This document shows positions 1-10,263 of a stretch of DNA of 64,000 nt, piece by piece. This DNA is from an uncultured Lentisphaerales bacterium. Its GTDB lineage: Bacteria > Verrucomicrobiota > Lentisphaeria > JABSQK01 > UBA12247. The position numbers were made by a program, and so were the translations under genes. The stretch covers positions 79,093-143,092 of the forward strand of contig CALSSJ010000018.1 in NCBI GenBank assembly GCA_943788985.1. Reading direction: 5' to 3'. Position 1 is the first letter of the stretch, and each line of letters opens with the position of its first letter. The notes under the pieces are model-generated. The model saw only the letters and a program-made list of their open reading frames with translations. It made no database searches and was not told the origin of the DNA.

Positions 1-2
1 CC

Positions 3-1826
3 GGCAGTGAGGTACTGGGGATCGACCTCGGCAAGCGCGCCCAGTGGCAGGACTATCTTGCCCGACTCAGCGACTACCCGACAACCTGCGAGAACGGCAG
101 CCCCATGTTCAAAGAGACCGAGAACCGGCGCGAGGTGGCCATGCACGGCCTGCATGATAATCCCGTCTGCCTCGATCATGTCTACCCAGGGGAGGCCGCC
201 TGCACTCCGGCCTACCAGCTCCTCACCCGCAATACCCTCGACTATCTCGACTCTTGGAAGCAGGAAAATGCCTTCCCCAGGATATTTTCCCAAGCCGTTC
301 GCGGCAAGTACGAACCGGAGGCGATTCTAGGGCATCTCAAGGCCCGGTTTACGCTCGGCCCAGCGCCCTTCGAAACGCTCCGCAACAACTGCACGATTTC
401 ACCCAAGGTCCACGGTATCGAGGCAGTCGGGGCGATCGAAGCAGTCAACGCCATGCTGGTGCGCGACAATGGCGACGGCATCGAGATCTTCAACAACTGG
501 CCCCGACAACGCAATGCAGCCTTTACCCAACTCCGGACCAAAGGCGCGTTCCTGGTCTCGGCTAGACTCGAAGCCGCGGTCGTTGTGGACGTCGCCATCA
601 TCTCCGAACAGGGGCAAGAATGCGCTATCTACAACCCTTGGCCGGACAGCGAGGTCACGGTGACCGGCGCCGATGGCTCGACACAGCGACTCCGCGGCGT
701 AACGCTGCGCTGGACTACCCTCGCAGGTGGACGCTACCAGCTACAACCGAGCACCGCCCTCTACCACCTGGATGGCGACCAACTCACAGCCATGGCAGAC
801 GGTGCCTTAGATCTGCGCAGTCGCACTCCCGGCAGCGGGACCAAGGTGTTGCACGGAGACCAAGTAGTCGCCGAAAGCCGGGAGCAAATCGTCTCGTTCC
901 CTGTTCAAGCCGGGCGGGTCTACACGATTCGGGAATCGCCATTACCCTTGCTGGCCACTGTGCAGATCGACGAGGCCTGTCGCTCGGTTCCGGCTGACTG
1001 CCAGAACACTCTGGACATCCTCTTCGATACGCTCGACGACGCCTGCAGACTGAGGCACCATTTACACCTGAGTGACGGCTCCGTGGCCGAGCAACCCGAC
1101 TCCGTCTGCTACACGCTCAACTCAACCGACGTGGTCGAGATCACGCCAGACCACGTCGTCAGGCCGCTCGCGGCGGGCAAGTGTGAGATCCGCTATACCA
1201 TCTCCAGTCACGGCGTCGAGTTGCGGGGCACGCTCCTGGCCCAGGTAATGTCACGCAAGGTTGTGCGCAACGTCACGGCTACGACCGAGGGCGAGACGCA
1301 GTCCTGGGGTCGCCCGATGCACACGCCCGAGTGCGCCGTAGAGGGCGACGGCATGAGCGGAGCAGACGTCACCGACACCCAGCGCCCAAATCCCTACGGA
1401 ACCGGTCTTTTCGGCACCCAGCTTTCGCCTGGCGCGGAGACCTTGCTGACCTTTGACCTGAAACGAGAGCTCGAGTTGGACCAAATGTGGGTCTGGAACT
1501 ACCACTGTCCGGATGACAACTACCGGCGCCTCTGGTGGCATGGTGGCTCCGCGGTCGGCATCCGCGACGTCCGGGTCTACACCTCACTGGACGGCAAGAC
1601 CTGGACCGAACTCGATAACGCTGGCAAGCCCTTCCGCTTTGCCCGTGCCAGCGGAGAAGACCGCTGCATGGCTGCGACCAATCTCGTTGGCGACAACCTC
1701 CCGGTCTGCTTCCACAGCGTCAAAGCCCGCTACGTCAAGCTAGTCCCCGACCTCCGCCCGTGCGTCGGCAACTGGGGTGCCAAGACCTTCGGCGTAAGTC
1801 AAGTCCGCTTCACAGAGAAGCAATAA
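3..1826 (+). CDS. 5'-partial GH95-like glycoside hydrolase (C-terminal part) with Ig-like and discoidin/DUF4457-like C-terminal domains
   Basis: The frame is open from nt 3 (GSEVLGIDLGKRAQWQDYLARLSDYP...). It contains the GH95-type C-terminal segment IEIFNNWP..FTQLRTKGAFLVSA..ECAIYNPWP and a C-terminal beta-sandwich (LTFDL..MWVWNY..VYTSLDGKTW..ARYVKL..FGVSQVRF). Confidence 0.6.
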   Translation, partial: GSEVLGIDLGKRAQWQDYLARLSDYPTTCENGSPMFKETENRREVAMHGLHDNPVCLDHVYPGEAACTPAYQLLTRNTLDYLDSWKQENAFPRIFSQAVRGKYEPEAILGHLKARFTLGPAPFETLRNNCTISPKVHGIEAVGAIEAVNAMLVRDNGDGIEIFNNWPRQRNAAFTQLRTKGAFLVSARLEAAVVVDVAIISEQGQECAIYNPWPDSEVTVTGADGSTQRLRGVTLRWTTLAGGRYQLQPSTALYHLDGDQLTAMADGALDLRSRTPGSGTKVLHGDQVVAESREQIVSFPVQAGRVYTIRESPLPLLATVQIDEACRSVPADCQNTLDILFDTLDDACRLRHHLHLSDGSVAEQPDSVCYTLNSTDVVEITPDHVVRPLAAGKCEIRYTISSHGVELRGTLLAQVMSRKVVRNVTATTEGETQSWGRPMHTPECAVEGDGMSGADVTDTQRPNPYGTGLFGTQLSPGAETLLTFDLKRELELDQMWVWNYHCPDDNYRRLWWHGGSAVGIRDVRVYTSLDGKTWTELDNAGKPFRFARASGEDRCMAATNLVGDNLPVCFHSVKARYVKLVPDLRPCVGNWGAKTFGVSQVRFTEKQ

Positions 1827-2135
1827 CAGCCATGAACCGATCCAACCTGTCGGAAGCACTACCTGTCAGGGCTCCCAGTTGATGGCGGCAATGGTGGAGT
1901 AATCTAGTGTGGTAGATCGCTAGGGTGACACACCACACTAGGATTCTGTCGGATATGCGTTTAGCGTGTTGGACAACTCAGTCGACGGTTCGTCCGATCG
2001 TGCTGAAGGATATTTCGATTTTGGGGAGCGGATCGTTAGATTTCATAGTCCTCCACCTATTCTGTAAAACGAAAACCAACTATTGATTGGTTTGGTTTAT
2101 CCCAGAAAAAAAGAACGTAAACAACGGTAGACAAA

Positions 2136-3149
2136 ATGAGACAAAGAGCATTTTTCGTAGGATTAGCATTTCTGGCCATGATCGGCCTAGCGGATGCGAG
2201 CTTGCCCAAGAACGTGGTCGTGTATGAAGGAGAAAGCGGCCCGGGCAAAAGCAAGCACGTGGTCTTTATCGCATCCGACCACGAGTATCGAGCTGAAGAA
2301 ACCTGCCCGGCCATTGCCCGTATCCTGGCAAAACACCATGGCTTTAAATGCTCGGTCATCTTCGGCGTCAACGACCAAGGCTTCATTGATCCTGGCAGCT
2401 CGAACATCGCCGGTACCAAGCTGTTGGATGAGGCAGACCTGCTATTTATTTTTACGCGTTTTCTAGACCCCAGCGACGAACAGATGAAGCCGATCGATGA
2501 TTATCTGAATCGGGCAGGGCCGGTTATCGGCCTGCGTACGTCCACCCATGCGTTCAGAAATCCTAAATCTACCTATAAGAAGTATAGCTTCAGGTACCCG
2601 GGCGATGAGTACAAGTTCGGCTTTGGCCGCCAAGTGCTGGGCGAGAGCTGGGCCGGGCACTATGGCCCGAATCACAAGTCCAGTACCCGGCTGGATATTG
2701 TGCCCAAGAACCAGGGCCACGTGGTCCTGAGCGGCTGCAAGGACATGCATGGGATGGCCGGCGCATACAAGGCCGATCCTGAACCTAATTCGGTAGTTCT
2801 TGCGATGTCGCAGCCCCTCAGCGGCATGGAGCCGGACTCGGCCACGGACGAGTCCAAGAAGCCAGTTCCGGGTCTTTGGGTGCGCACCTATCAGGGCGCT
2901 AAAGGCAAGGAAGGACGCGTCTTGGCTACCACCCAGGGAGCCTCCGAGTGCATCCTCAACGACGGTCTCAGGCGCTGCCTGATCAACGGCGTGTTCTGGA
3001 CCATGGGGCTGGAAGAGCACATTACGGATGATCTGGCGATCGATTTCGTGGGCCCCTACAAACCCAAAACCTTCAATTTCAAGGGCCAGAGTAAGGACGT
3101 TCTGCCATCCACCCTGTCTGGGTACGAAAGCGCTATCCTGCCGAAGTAG
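2136..3149 (+). CDS. Secreted ThuA-like (class I glutamine amidotransferase-like fold) protein
   Basis: Signal peptide, then HVVFIASDHEYRAEE, GLRTSTHAF and GESWAGHYG motifs typical of PVC ThuA-domain proteins. Confidence 0.75.
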   Translation: MRQRAFFVGLAFLAMIGLADASLPKNVVVYEGESGPGKSKHVVFIASDHEYRAEETCPAIARILAKHHGFKCSVIFGVNDQGFIDPGSSNIAGTKLLDEADLLFIFTRFLDPSDEQMKPIDDYLNRAGPVIGLRTSTHAFRNPKSTYKKYSFRYPGDEYKFGFGRQVLGESWAGHYGPNHKSSTRLDIVPKNQGHVVLSGCKDMHGMAGAYKADPEPNSVVLAMSQPLSGMEPDSATDESKKPVPGLWVRTYQGAKGKEGRVLATTQGASECILNDGLRRCLINGVFWTMGLEEHITDDLAIDFVGPYKPKTFNFKGQSKDVLPSTLSGYESAILPK

Positions 3150-3229
3150 AGCGGCACTATTTTCCGCCAGTGGCGGCCCAGTGTTCCGCCTTCAACACTA
3201 CGTCTTAACTCATCGATGAATCCCCTCGT

Positions 3230-6182
3230 ATGCTGAAAACCATGTTCATTCTAACGATCCTGTTGTTGGGAACCTTCCGCGCTGCCGCGGTCGACGTACC
3301 CGCCGACACGACGGATCCTCTCCCGTTTACCTTTCACCGCGACGACGTGGTCGCCATGATCGGCAACGCATTGCCCGACCGTATGCAGCACGAGGGCTGG
3401 TTAGAAACCGCCCTGCAGAGCCAACTCGGCGGGCTAAATGTGCGTTTTCGCAACATGGGGTTCTCGGGCGATCTCGTGGACCGCGCGCCCCGGCAAAAAG
3501 GGTGCATGTCGCGGGACGACTATCTCAGCCATGTCAAAGCCGATGTCATCTTTGCCTTCTTTGGCTACAACGAATCGTTTGACGGGCCAGCGAAAGCGGA
3601 TGCCTACCGCAAAGGCTTGGTGAAGTTGGTGCAGCATCTCCGAGCTAGACAGCCCAATGGGACATCCTTCCCGCGTTTCGTGCTATTCAGCCCGATCGCG
3701 TTTGAAGAGACCGGCGACCCCAACCTGCCGGACGGCAGCGAACACAATCCCCGCTTGGCAGCCTACGCCGAAGCCACGCGCCTGGCCGCAGCCGATGCCG
3801 GGGTGGCGTATGTGGACCTCTACACGCCTAGCCTGGACCTATTTGAAAAAAGCGATGCACGCCTGACGGTCAACGGCGCTCACCTAAACGAAGAAGGCCA
3901 TCGTCTTCTGGCGGCCACCGTCGCCACCGCGCTCTTCGAGCGGCCGGTCATGCTTGGTGCTCAGCAGGAAGCTTTGCGGACAGCAGTGAAGGACAAGAAC
4001 TGGCACTGGCATAACCGCTATCGCGCCACCGATGGCAACGACATCTGGGGTAGCCGCGCCCGTCTCACCTTCATGAACAAGCAGAACAACGGCGCCGTAC
4101 TCAAACACGAGATGGTCATGCTGGATAGCCTGGCGGCAAATCGCGATCGCAAGATCTGGGCGGTTTCTCAGGGCCAGGACCATGTCCTTGATGACAGCAA
4201 TGTCCCCGCACCAATCGCGGTCGCCTCGAACATCGGGGGAGGGAGTGGAAGTTCCAGCGCTATAAAGGAAGGCAGCCCGGATTATCTAGCGGCGGCGGAG
4301 AGCGCCAAGCAACTGACCGTGCCGGAAGGCTATGCCGTGAATGTGTTTGCCTCGGAGGAGATGTTTCCCAGCTTGGCCAATCCAGTGCAAATGCAAGTCG
4401 ATGGCAAGGGCCGGATTTGGGCCGCATCCTGGAACTCTTACCCGAAATGGGAACCGCTCACCGAGCTGAAAGACAGTCTGATGATCTTTGAAGACGTGGA
4501 TAAAGACGGCGTGGCAGATAAGCACATCGTTTTCGCGAAGGTACACAACCCCGTTGGCTTCGAATTCTGGAATGGTGGGGTGCTGGTGACCGCCGGGCCC
4601 GATCTACTCTTTCTAAAAGATACCGACGGCGACGACCGTGCCGACGTTCGCACTGTCGTGCTGGGCGGCCTCGGCACGGCCGACACCCACCACTCTGCTA
4701 ATAACCTCACCTATGGTCCTGGCGGCGGCATCTACTGGCAAAGCGGCATCTTTCTGGTCCACAATCATGAGCATCCTTGGGGGAAATCCTTGCAGACGGG
4801 GGCTAGCGGCATGTATCGCTTCGACCCGCGTCGAGCGACCATCAAGTACCATTCCGGAGGCAGCGGCCCCAATCCCCACGGCACCAGCTTCGACTACTGG
4901 GGCTATTGCTACGCGAACGACGGCACGGGGGGGCGGCCCTATCAGGTGCGCCCCGATGGCCAGGGTTTCAAAATGCACAGCCTGCTCAACCGCGAAGTCC
5001 GCCCAGTGGCCGCGAATGTCATCATCTCTTCCCCCCACTTTCCCGATGATATCCAGGGCGATTTTGCAATGTGTAACACAATCGGCTTTCTGGGGCTCAA
5101 GACCTATAAGTTGCACAAGGACGGTTCTGACAAACCGCCCAAGCGCACAGGCGAGGCCTGGGGCACCCGCCGGGAACCGCTGCTCGAGAGCAAGGACCGC
5201 AACTTTCGGCCTACCGACGCGGTCTTTGGCGAAGACGGCGCGCTCTACGTCTCGGATTGGCAGAACGTGATTATCGGGCATATGCAGCACAACGTCCGTG
5301 ATCCCAGCCGGGATAAGAGCCACGGCCGTATTGTGCGCGTGACCTACCCCAGCCGCCCGCTGCAGAAACCAGTGGCGATCGACGGCCAGCCGATCCTGGC
5401 CCTACTTGAAAACCTAAAGCATCCTGCAGATGGCGTACGCCATCGTACCCGGGTTGAATTGAGCGAGCGCGATAGCAGCAAAGTGCTGGAAGCGGCCCGG
5501 CTTTGGGCCAAAGACTTTGACCCGGCCAAGGAAGATGAGGCCCATCACTTGCTCGAAGCGCTGTGGCTCCATCAGCAGCATAATGTTCGCAATGAGCGAT
5601 TACTGGAGAAGCTGCTCGCCTCGCCGATTGAACACGCCCGCATCGCAGCTGGTACCGTAAAGCATTTCTGGCGCACGGTCGATACCGCCACAGGCGGCAC
5701 AGTTTTTATCGAGAAGAAGAAGTCAAAAAAGGTGGCAGCCCCTAAGCATCTTTCTAAGAAAGATGTCAAATCCTACCAGGCTGGCGCAGAAATTTTTTCG
5801 CGCGATGCCCATTGCAGCACCTGCCATCAGGCTGACGGCCAGGGGCCTGGCCAAAGTGTACCCACCGCTGGCTGGGACCAAGTGGGTGTTAGGCGACGAA
5901 GAACGATTGATCAAGCTCACTCTGCACGGCCTGTTTGGAGACATCGAGGTCAAGGGCGTCCCGTACAGCATCAAAACCGGCACGCCGCCTATGACCGCCT
6001 TTGGCGCGCTGCTGAACAATCAGGAAATCGCCGACGTCCTGACCTACGTGCGCAACAGCTGGGGTAACGAGGCACCCGCCATACGCGCTGAAACAGTGAA
6101 GCGCGTGCGCATCGCCACCGAAGGCCAAAGCATGTTCTGGAAGCCTCAAGCTCTACTCAAAGCTCACCCATTTGCCAACTAG
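3230..6182 (+). CDS. PVC-type heme-binding CxxCH protein (SGNH-like domain + glucose/sorbosone dehydrogenase-like beta-propeller + cytochrome c); frameshift near 5845
   Basis: Signal peptide, SGNH-like block ([26 protein letters not shown]), propeller motifs ([36 protein letters not shown]) and CSTCH. The cytochrome c tail ([25 protein letters not shown]) continues in ORF 5763-6182 after an extra base in a G-run. Confidence 0.8.
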
Positions 6183-6192
6183 TCGAGTCTCG

Positions 6193-7440
6193 ATGAAAAC
6201 TACTATTTTCCTTTCTTTTGCCCTCGGGGCATTCTGCGCCGCCGCGGCCGAACCCTTGTCCATCTGGATCAGTTCCTACCAAGACAAGCAGTACTATGAG
6301 AACATGGTTCGGGAGTACAAAAAAGTCGACACCAGTTTCGATGCCGAAGTCCATGCCTTCGGCTTTATGGAAATGGGGGACAAGCTTACCGCGGCGATCA
6401 AAACAGGGAAGGGCGCCCCCGATATTGTCCAGCTTGACGAGATCCCATTCAGCATGTTCCTGCGTGGTGAGGTGCCCTTTGTCGACCTGGCCGAGCGGCT
6501 GCAGCGCGACAAGCTCGCTGACAAATTCCACCCCCAGCGCCTGGCGCTCTTTTCGCAGCAGGAAAAAGTCTACGGCCTGCCCCAGTCGCTCAGTGCCTAC
6601 GTGTTTTACTATCGCAAAGACCAGTTCGAGGAGCTTGAGATCAGCCCGGTAAGCCTTGCGACCTGGGAGAAACTGGCGGAAGTCGGAGAATCGTTGCAGC
6701 AATCCGGCCAGGCCCTCATGGCCTTGGACTCCTCGTTCTTCGAGATCTTGTTGCGCCAGCGTGGTGGGCGCATGTTCGACGAGCAGGGCAAAGCCTTCCC
6801 TGATATGGACTTGGCCGTTGAAGTGCTCACCTTTCTAAAGATGCTCAACGGCCACGGAATCGCCATCGCCCCGGGCCAAGGCTCGATCTATATGCCGCTG
6901 TTTTTTAGCTCAGATGTTATGGACGGCGAGGTGCTTTGCCTGATGGGCGCCGATTGGTATGGGCTGGACATGCTCCAGGTGAACGCGCCAGATATGGCCG
7001 GGAAATGGGGTATCATGCCGCTGCCGACCTGGGCCGACGACCCCGACCATAAAACCACGTTTCCCACTGCTACTTTTGCTGGCCAGGGCCTGATGATTTA
7101 TAGCGGCAGCAAAGCCATCGATCCGTCATGGAATTTCATCAAATGGGTCATGACCGATCTCGAGGCCAACGTCGCGCGCTATGCTCAGGGCAACAGCTTT
7201 CCGGCCTACAAGCCCGCCTGGACCGACCCACGCATCCTGGCCAGTTCGGACTATTTCAGCGGAGACTCCATGGGGAAAACGCTGCTTGATGTCTCCAAAA
7301 GACTCCCAGCGATTGCGATGAATGCTAAGCGAGGCCAAGCGGTGTTCATGCTCCGTGAACAGGTGTTCTCCTCGGTCATCTACGGCGGCACCTCGCCACA
7401 AGAGGCCTTGGCCGAGTTGAAGGCAATTCTCGATAAATGA
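6193..7440 (+). CDS. Carbohydrate ABC transporter substrate-binding protein
   Basis: Signal peptide, GKGAPDIVQLD, YGLPQSL..YYRKD and GKWGIMPLP motifs; directly upstream of two permeases. Confidence 0.85.
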   Translation: MKTTIFLSFALGAFCAAAAEPLSIWISSYQDKQYYENMVREYKKVDTSFDAEVHAFGFMEMGDKLTAAIKTGKGAPDIVQLDEIPFSMFLRGEVPFVDLAERLQRDKLADKFHPQRLALFSQQEKVYGLPQSLSAYVFYYRKDQFEELEISPVSLATWEKLAEVGESLQQSGQALMALDSSFFEILLRQRGGRMFDEQGKAFPDMDLAVEVLTFLKMLNGHGIAIAPGQGSIYMPLFFSSDVMDGEVLCLMGADWYGLDMLQVNAPDMAGKWGIMPLPTWADDPDHKTTFPTATFAGQGLMIYSGSKAIDPSWNFIKWVMTDLEANVARYAQGNSFPAYKPAWTDPRILASSDYFSGDSMGKTLLDVSKRLPAIAMNAKRGQAVFMLREQVFSSVIYGGTSPQEALAELKAILDK

Positions 7441-8402
7441 AGGGGTTGGGTGTGTCTGCACGCCTCGCTTCGCCATATCGCTCTTCCCTAGGCTGGCTGC
7501 TGCTTCCGTTCTTCACCAGCTTGATTCTGTTTTGGCTGATTCCTCTGTCCACCGGCCTCAAGCGCAGTCTTCATGAAGATCCCGCCGCCATCGCGGCGCA
7601 TTCCACCGGGGCACCTGCGAGCGGCCTGACCTTGAAGAACTACCGCGACCTATGGGCTGACAGTCAATACCGCAAAGCGTTCGCCAATACGCTCGTCTAC
7701 GGCACCTCTTCCATTCTGATCATTATTCCGCTGGCCTTTTTCCTGGCTCACTTGCTACAGTTGAGTCACCGGTCCCTTCGTTCGCTGCTGACCTTTGGCC
7801 TGGTTCTACCGGCCCTAGCTCCGCCCGTGATCCTCGGCATCCTCTTTCTGATGGTCTTTCACGGACGCTTTGGCCTACTCAATACACTCTGTGTCTATCC
7901 GCTGCAGCAGGCTCTTCAGATGCTGCAGGACGGCGGAGCTGGTCCCGTGCCGATCCACTGGCTCAAGGATCCTGCGTTCATCATGCCGGCGATGATTCTG
8001 CAAGGCGTATGGCGCTGGACAGGCTTTATCGCGCTCTTCTTCTTGTGCGGCTTGGAGGCAATTCCGAAGACCTACTACGAAGCCGCCCGCCTTGAAGGAG
8101 CGAGCTGGCTGCAGACCATCCGTCTGGTCAGCTTCCCCTATCTCAAGCCCGTCATTGTGTTTGCCATCGTCTATCTGCTGATCGATGCGTTCGCCATGTT
8201 CAGCGGTGCCTACGCCCTGCTGGGAGGCTCAGGTGGGACGGACAATGCCGGTCTGCTGCTGGTCTCCTATGCGTATTTCACTGGGTTCAAGTTTCATGAG
8301 CCTGCCTACGCGTCTGCCATCAGTCTATCCGTGGTCCCGCTCATGCTGGTGGTCATCGGAATTGTGCTGATCATTGCCTCGCGGCGAGAGGCGAAGGCAT
8401 GA
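7437..8402 (+). CDS. Carbohydrate ABC transporter permease
   Basis: Multiple TM helices and an EAA motif (YYEAARLEGAS); ATGA overlap with the previous gene. Confidence 0.9.
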   Translation: MKGLGVSARLASPYRSSLGWLLLPFFTSLILFWLIPLSTGLKRSLHEDPAAIAAHSTGAPASGLTLKNYRDLWADSQYRKAFANTLVYGTSSILIIIPLAFFLAHLLQLSHRSLRSLLTFGLVLPALAPPVILGILFLMVFHGRFGLLNTLCVYPLQQALQMLQDGGAGPVPIHWLKDPAFIMPAMILQGVWRWTGFIALFFLCGLEAIPKTYYEAARLEGASWLQTIRLVSFPYLKPVIVFAIVYLLIDAFAMFSGAYALLGGSGGTDNAGLLLVSYAYFTGFKFHEPAYASAISLSVVPLMLVVIGIVLIIASRREAKA

Positions 8403-9367
8403 AGACGCGATCAGAGCTGTGGGCCACCCTGGTGCTCATTCCCATCGTCTTGCTCGCGGTCTATCCGTTCGTCTGGATGTTCTTCTCCAGCTTCAAGTCC
8501 AATAACGAGATCTACAAACCCACGCAGCTATTGCCTCAGGACCACTCGTTTGACCTGCAGTACGTCGACCAGCTACTGTCGTGGCACAAAGACGAGGCCG
8601 ACCTGCTGAAAGCCCAGGCGGCTGCCATCCGCAGCCGCACGCAGTCGCTAGCCTACGATAGTGAGGCCTTTGCAGCCCTCATCGAGCAGGCGGACGTGAT
8701 CGAAGGCCAGGCCCTTGCGGTCAAGCGTGACGACCTCTTCGATTTCAGAACTGCCTTTTGCAATTCACTCCTGATCGCCGTATTGCAGGCCTTCGGAGCC
8801 GTGGTCCTGTGTGCCTGCGCTGGTTTCGTCTTCGGAAAGTACAGCTTCAAGGGCAAAACCTGTCTTCTGGGCGTGGCGTTGCTGACCATCCTCATCCCGC
8901 GGCAGGTCATCGCCCTACCGTTGTCGGAGTGGCTTATCCAGCTCCAGCTCTACGACAGCTTATGGGCCATAATTTTGCCCGGGACTGTCACCGGAATTGG
9001 CCTGCTATTCTTTGCTAAAATGTTCAGACAGGTGCCCGAGGAGCTACTGGAAGTCGCGCGCACCGAAGGCGCCAGCGAACTCCGGGTGTTCTTCACGGTG
9101 CTGCCGCTGGTCAAGTCCTCATTACTGACCTTTGCCTTTATTCAGTTCACCATGGCCTGGCACGAACATCTGATGCCGCTGCTGATGCTCGAGTCGGACA
9201 ACGAGACTTTACCGTTAGCCCTGAGCAGCTTGCTCAGCAGCAGCTTACGCTTCCCGAGAGCCGTGGTCATGGCAGGCGGCTTTTTCATGATTGTTCCCAC
9301 CATCCTGCTATTCATCTTCCTCTACCGGCAGATCAAGTCCTCCCTGTCAGAGCTGATCCTGCACTGA
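8399..9367 (+). CDS. Carbohydrate ABC transporter permease
   Basis: PFVWMFFSSFKS start and an EAA-type motif (ELLEVARTEGAS); ATGA overlap. Confidence 0.9.
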   Translation: MKTRSELWATLVLIPIVLLAVYPFVWMFFSSFKSNNEIYKPTQLLPQDHSFDLQYVDQLLSWHKDEADLLKAQAAAIRSRTQSLAYDSEAFAALIEQADVIEGQALAVKRDDLFDFRTAFCNSLLIAVLQAFGAVVLCACAGFVFGKYSFKGKTCLLGVALLTILIPRQVIALPLSEWLIQLQLYDSLWAIILPGTVTGIGLLFFAKMFRQVPEELLEVARTEGASELRVFFTVLPLVKSSLLTFAFIQFTMAWHEHLMPLLMLESDNETLPLALSSLLSSSLRFPRAVVMAGGFFMIVPTILLFIFLYRQIKSSLSELILH

Positions 9368-9490
9368 CAGATAATGCCCCGATGACGCCCGACCAGCAGT
9401 AACACCGTCCGGCGTCAACACAGTCATGAGGTCGTCGGGCGTCACCAAGTCATCAAGTCAGCCCGTCCTGCTCTTACGTGGCCACGCCAC

Positions 9491-9514
9491 GCGGAGTGGC
9501 GGAGTGGCGGAGTG
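9491..9514. repeat. Tandem octamer (GCGGAGTG)x3 in a convergent intergenic region
   Basis: Read directly: gcggagtg gcggagtg gcggagtg. Confidence 0.8.
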
Positions 9515-9539
9515 GAATGGGACTGCGTGAGGCCCCTAC

Positions 9540-10241
9540 TTACTCGGTGGCTTCTGGTTCAGACTCGGTTGTAAATCCGAATTCTGAGGAGATATAGGCG
9601 ACGACATCAAGGAGTGCGCGATCGTCGAGGCTGGACAACTGCTCCGCCATGAGGCGCCCCTCTCCGTCATCTGGATGCACCCCGCGACGTCCATTTTTAA
9701 AATGGCGCAGCTGAGAAATCAGGTACCAGTCTTCACACACTGCGAGCGAGCCCGTCTTGAACTCCGCTGATCCTGCCGCACGTGGCCCGTGACAGGGCAG
9801 ACAATTGCCTTCGTAGATGACCTTGCCCTTGGTGGCATCGCCCTTGACGCTGGGCTGATAAGGTTGGGGCGGGAGGCTGGCAAGATAGTCTGCGATGCGC
9901 TCGAGGTCTGCTGTCGCTAGCTCATCGCTGGCTGCTCCCATCAGGGCCTCTTGGCGATGAGCCGAGTTTCTCCCGCGCTGGCCCTGCTTGAATTTCTGCA
10001 ACTGCCGCAACAGGTAATGGCTTTGCTGCCCATCAAGAATTGGTCCCCGTTGGACTTCTCGGTTGCTGTGGCAGAGCAGGCAATCCTGGTAGAGAGACGA
10101 GGTCGTTCGAGGGGCAGGGGAGGGGAACTGTGTACAGCCGACGAGCAGACAGCCCACCAGCAAGAGCACTGTGGCTTGTGCTTGTGGATGGTGGCGCCGC
10201 CGCGTTGCGGAGTCCGCACAGGGCAAGGCTCCTCGCACCAT
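9540..10241 (-). CDS. Di-heme cytochrome c4/c553-like protein, probable lipoprotein
   Basis: CLLCH and CLPCH motifs, each followed by YL..QL..FK.G.RG and a distal Met; lipobox-like LLVGC. Start codon uncertain. Confidence 0.8.
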   Translation of the reverse strand: MVRGALPCADSATRRRHHPQAQATVLLLVGCLLVGCTQFPSPAPRTTSSLYQDCLLCHSNREVQRGPILDGQQSHYLLRQLQKFKQGQRGRNSAHRQEALMGAASDELATADLERIADYLASLPPQPYQPSVKGDATKGKVIYEGNCLPCHGPRAAGSAEFKTGSLAVCEDWYLISQLRHFKNGRRGVHPDDGEGRLMAEQLSSLDDRALLDVVAYISSEFGFTTESEPEATE

Positions 10242-10263
10242 GAGCTGGCGGGTGAGAACTGGC

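Noticed and set aside
2073..2093. AAACCAA-N7-TTGGTTT palindrome upstream of the ThuA operon as an operator
   Set aside because: Plausible, but short, in AT-rich sequence, with no regulator nearby and no second copy.
5830..5860. Programmed frameshifting in the CxxCH gene (also at 16330 and 33556)
   Set aside because: These are single extra bases in short homopolymers with no slippery heptamer or downstream structure, which matches the window-wide indel error pattern.
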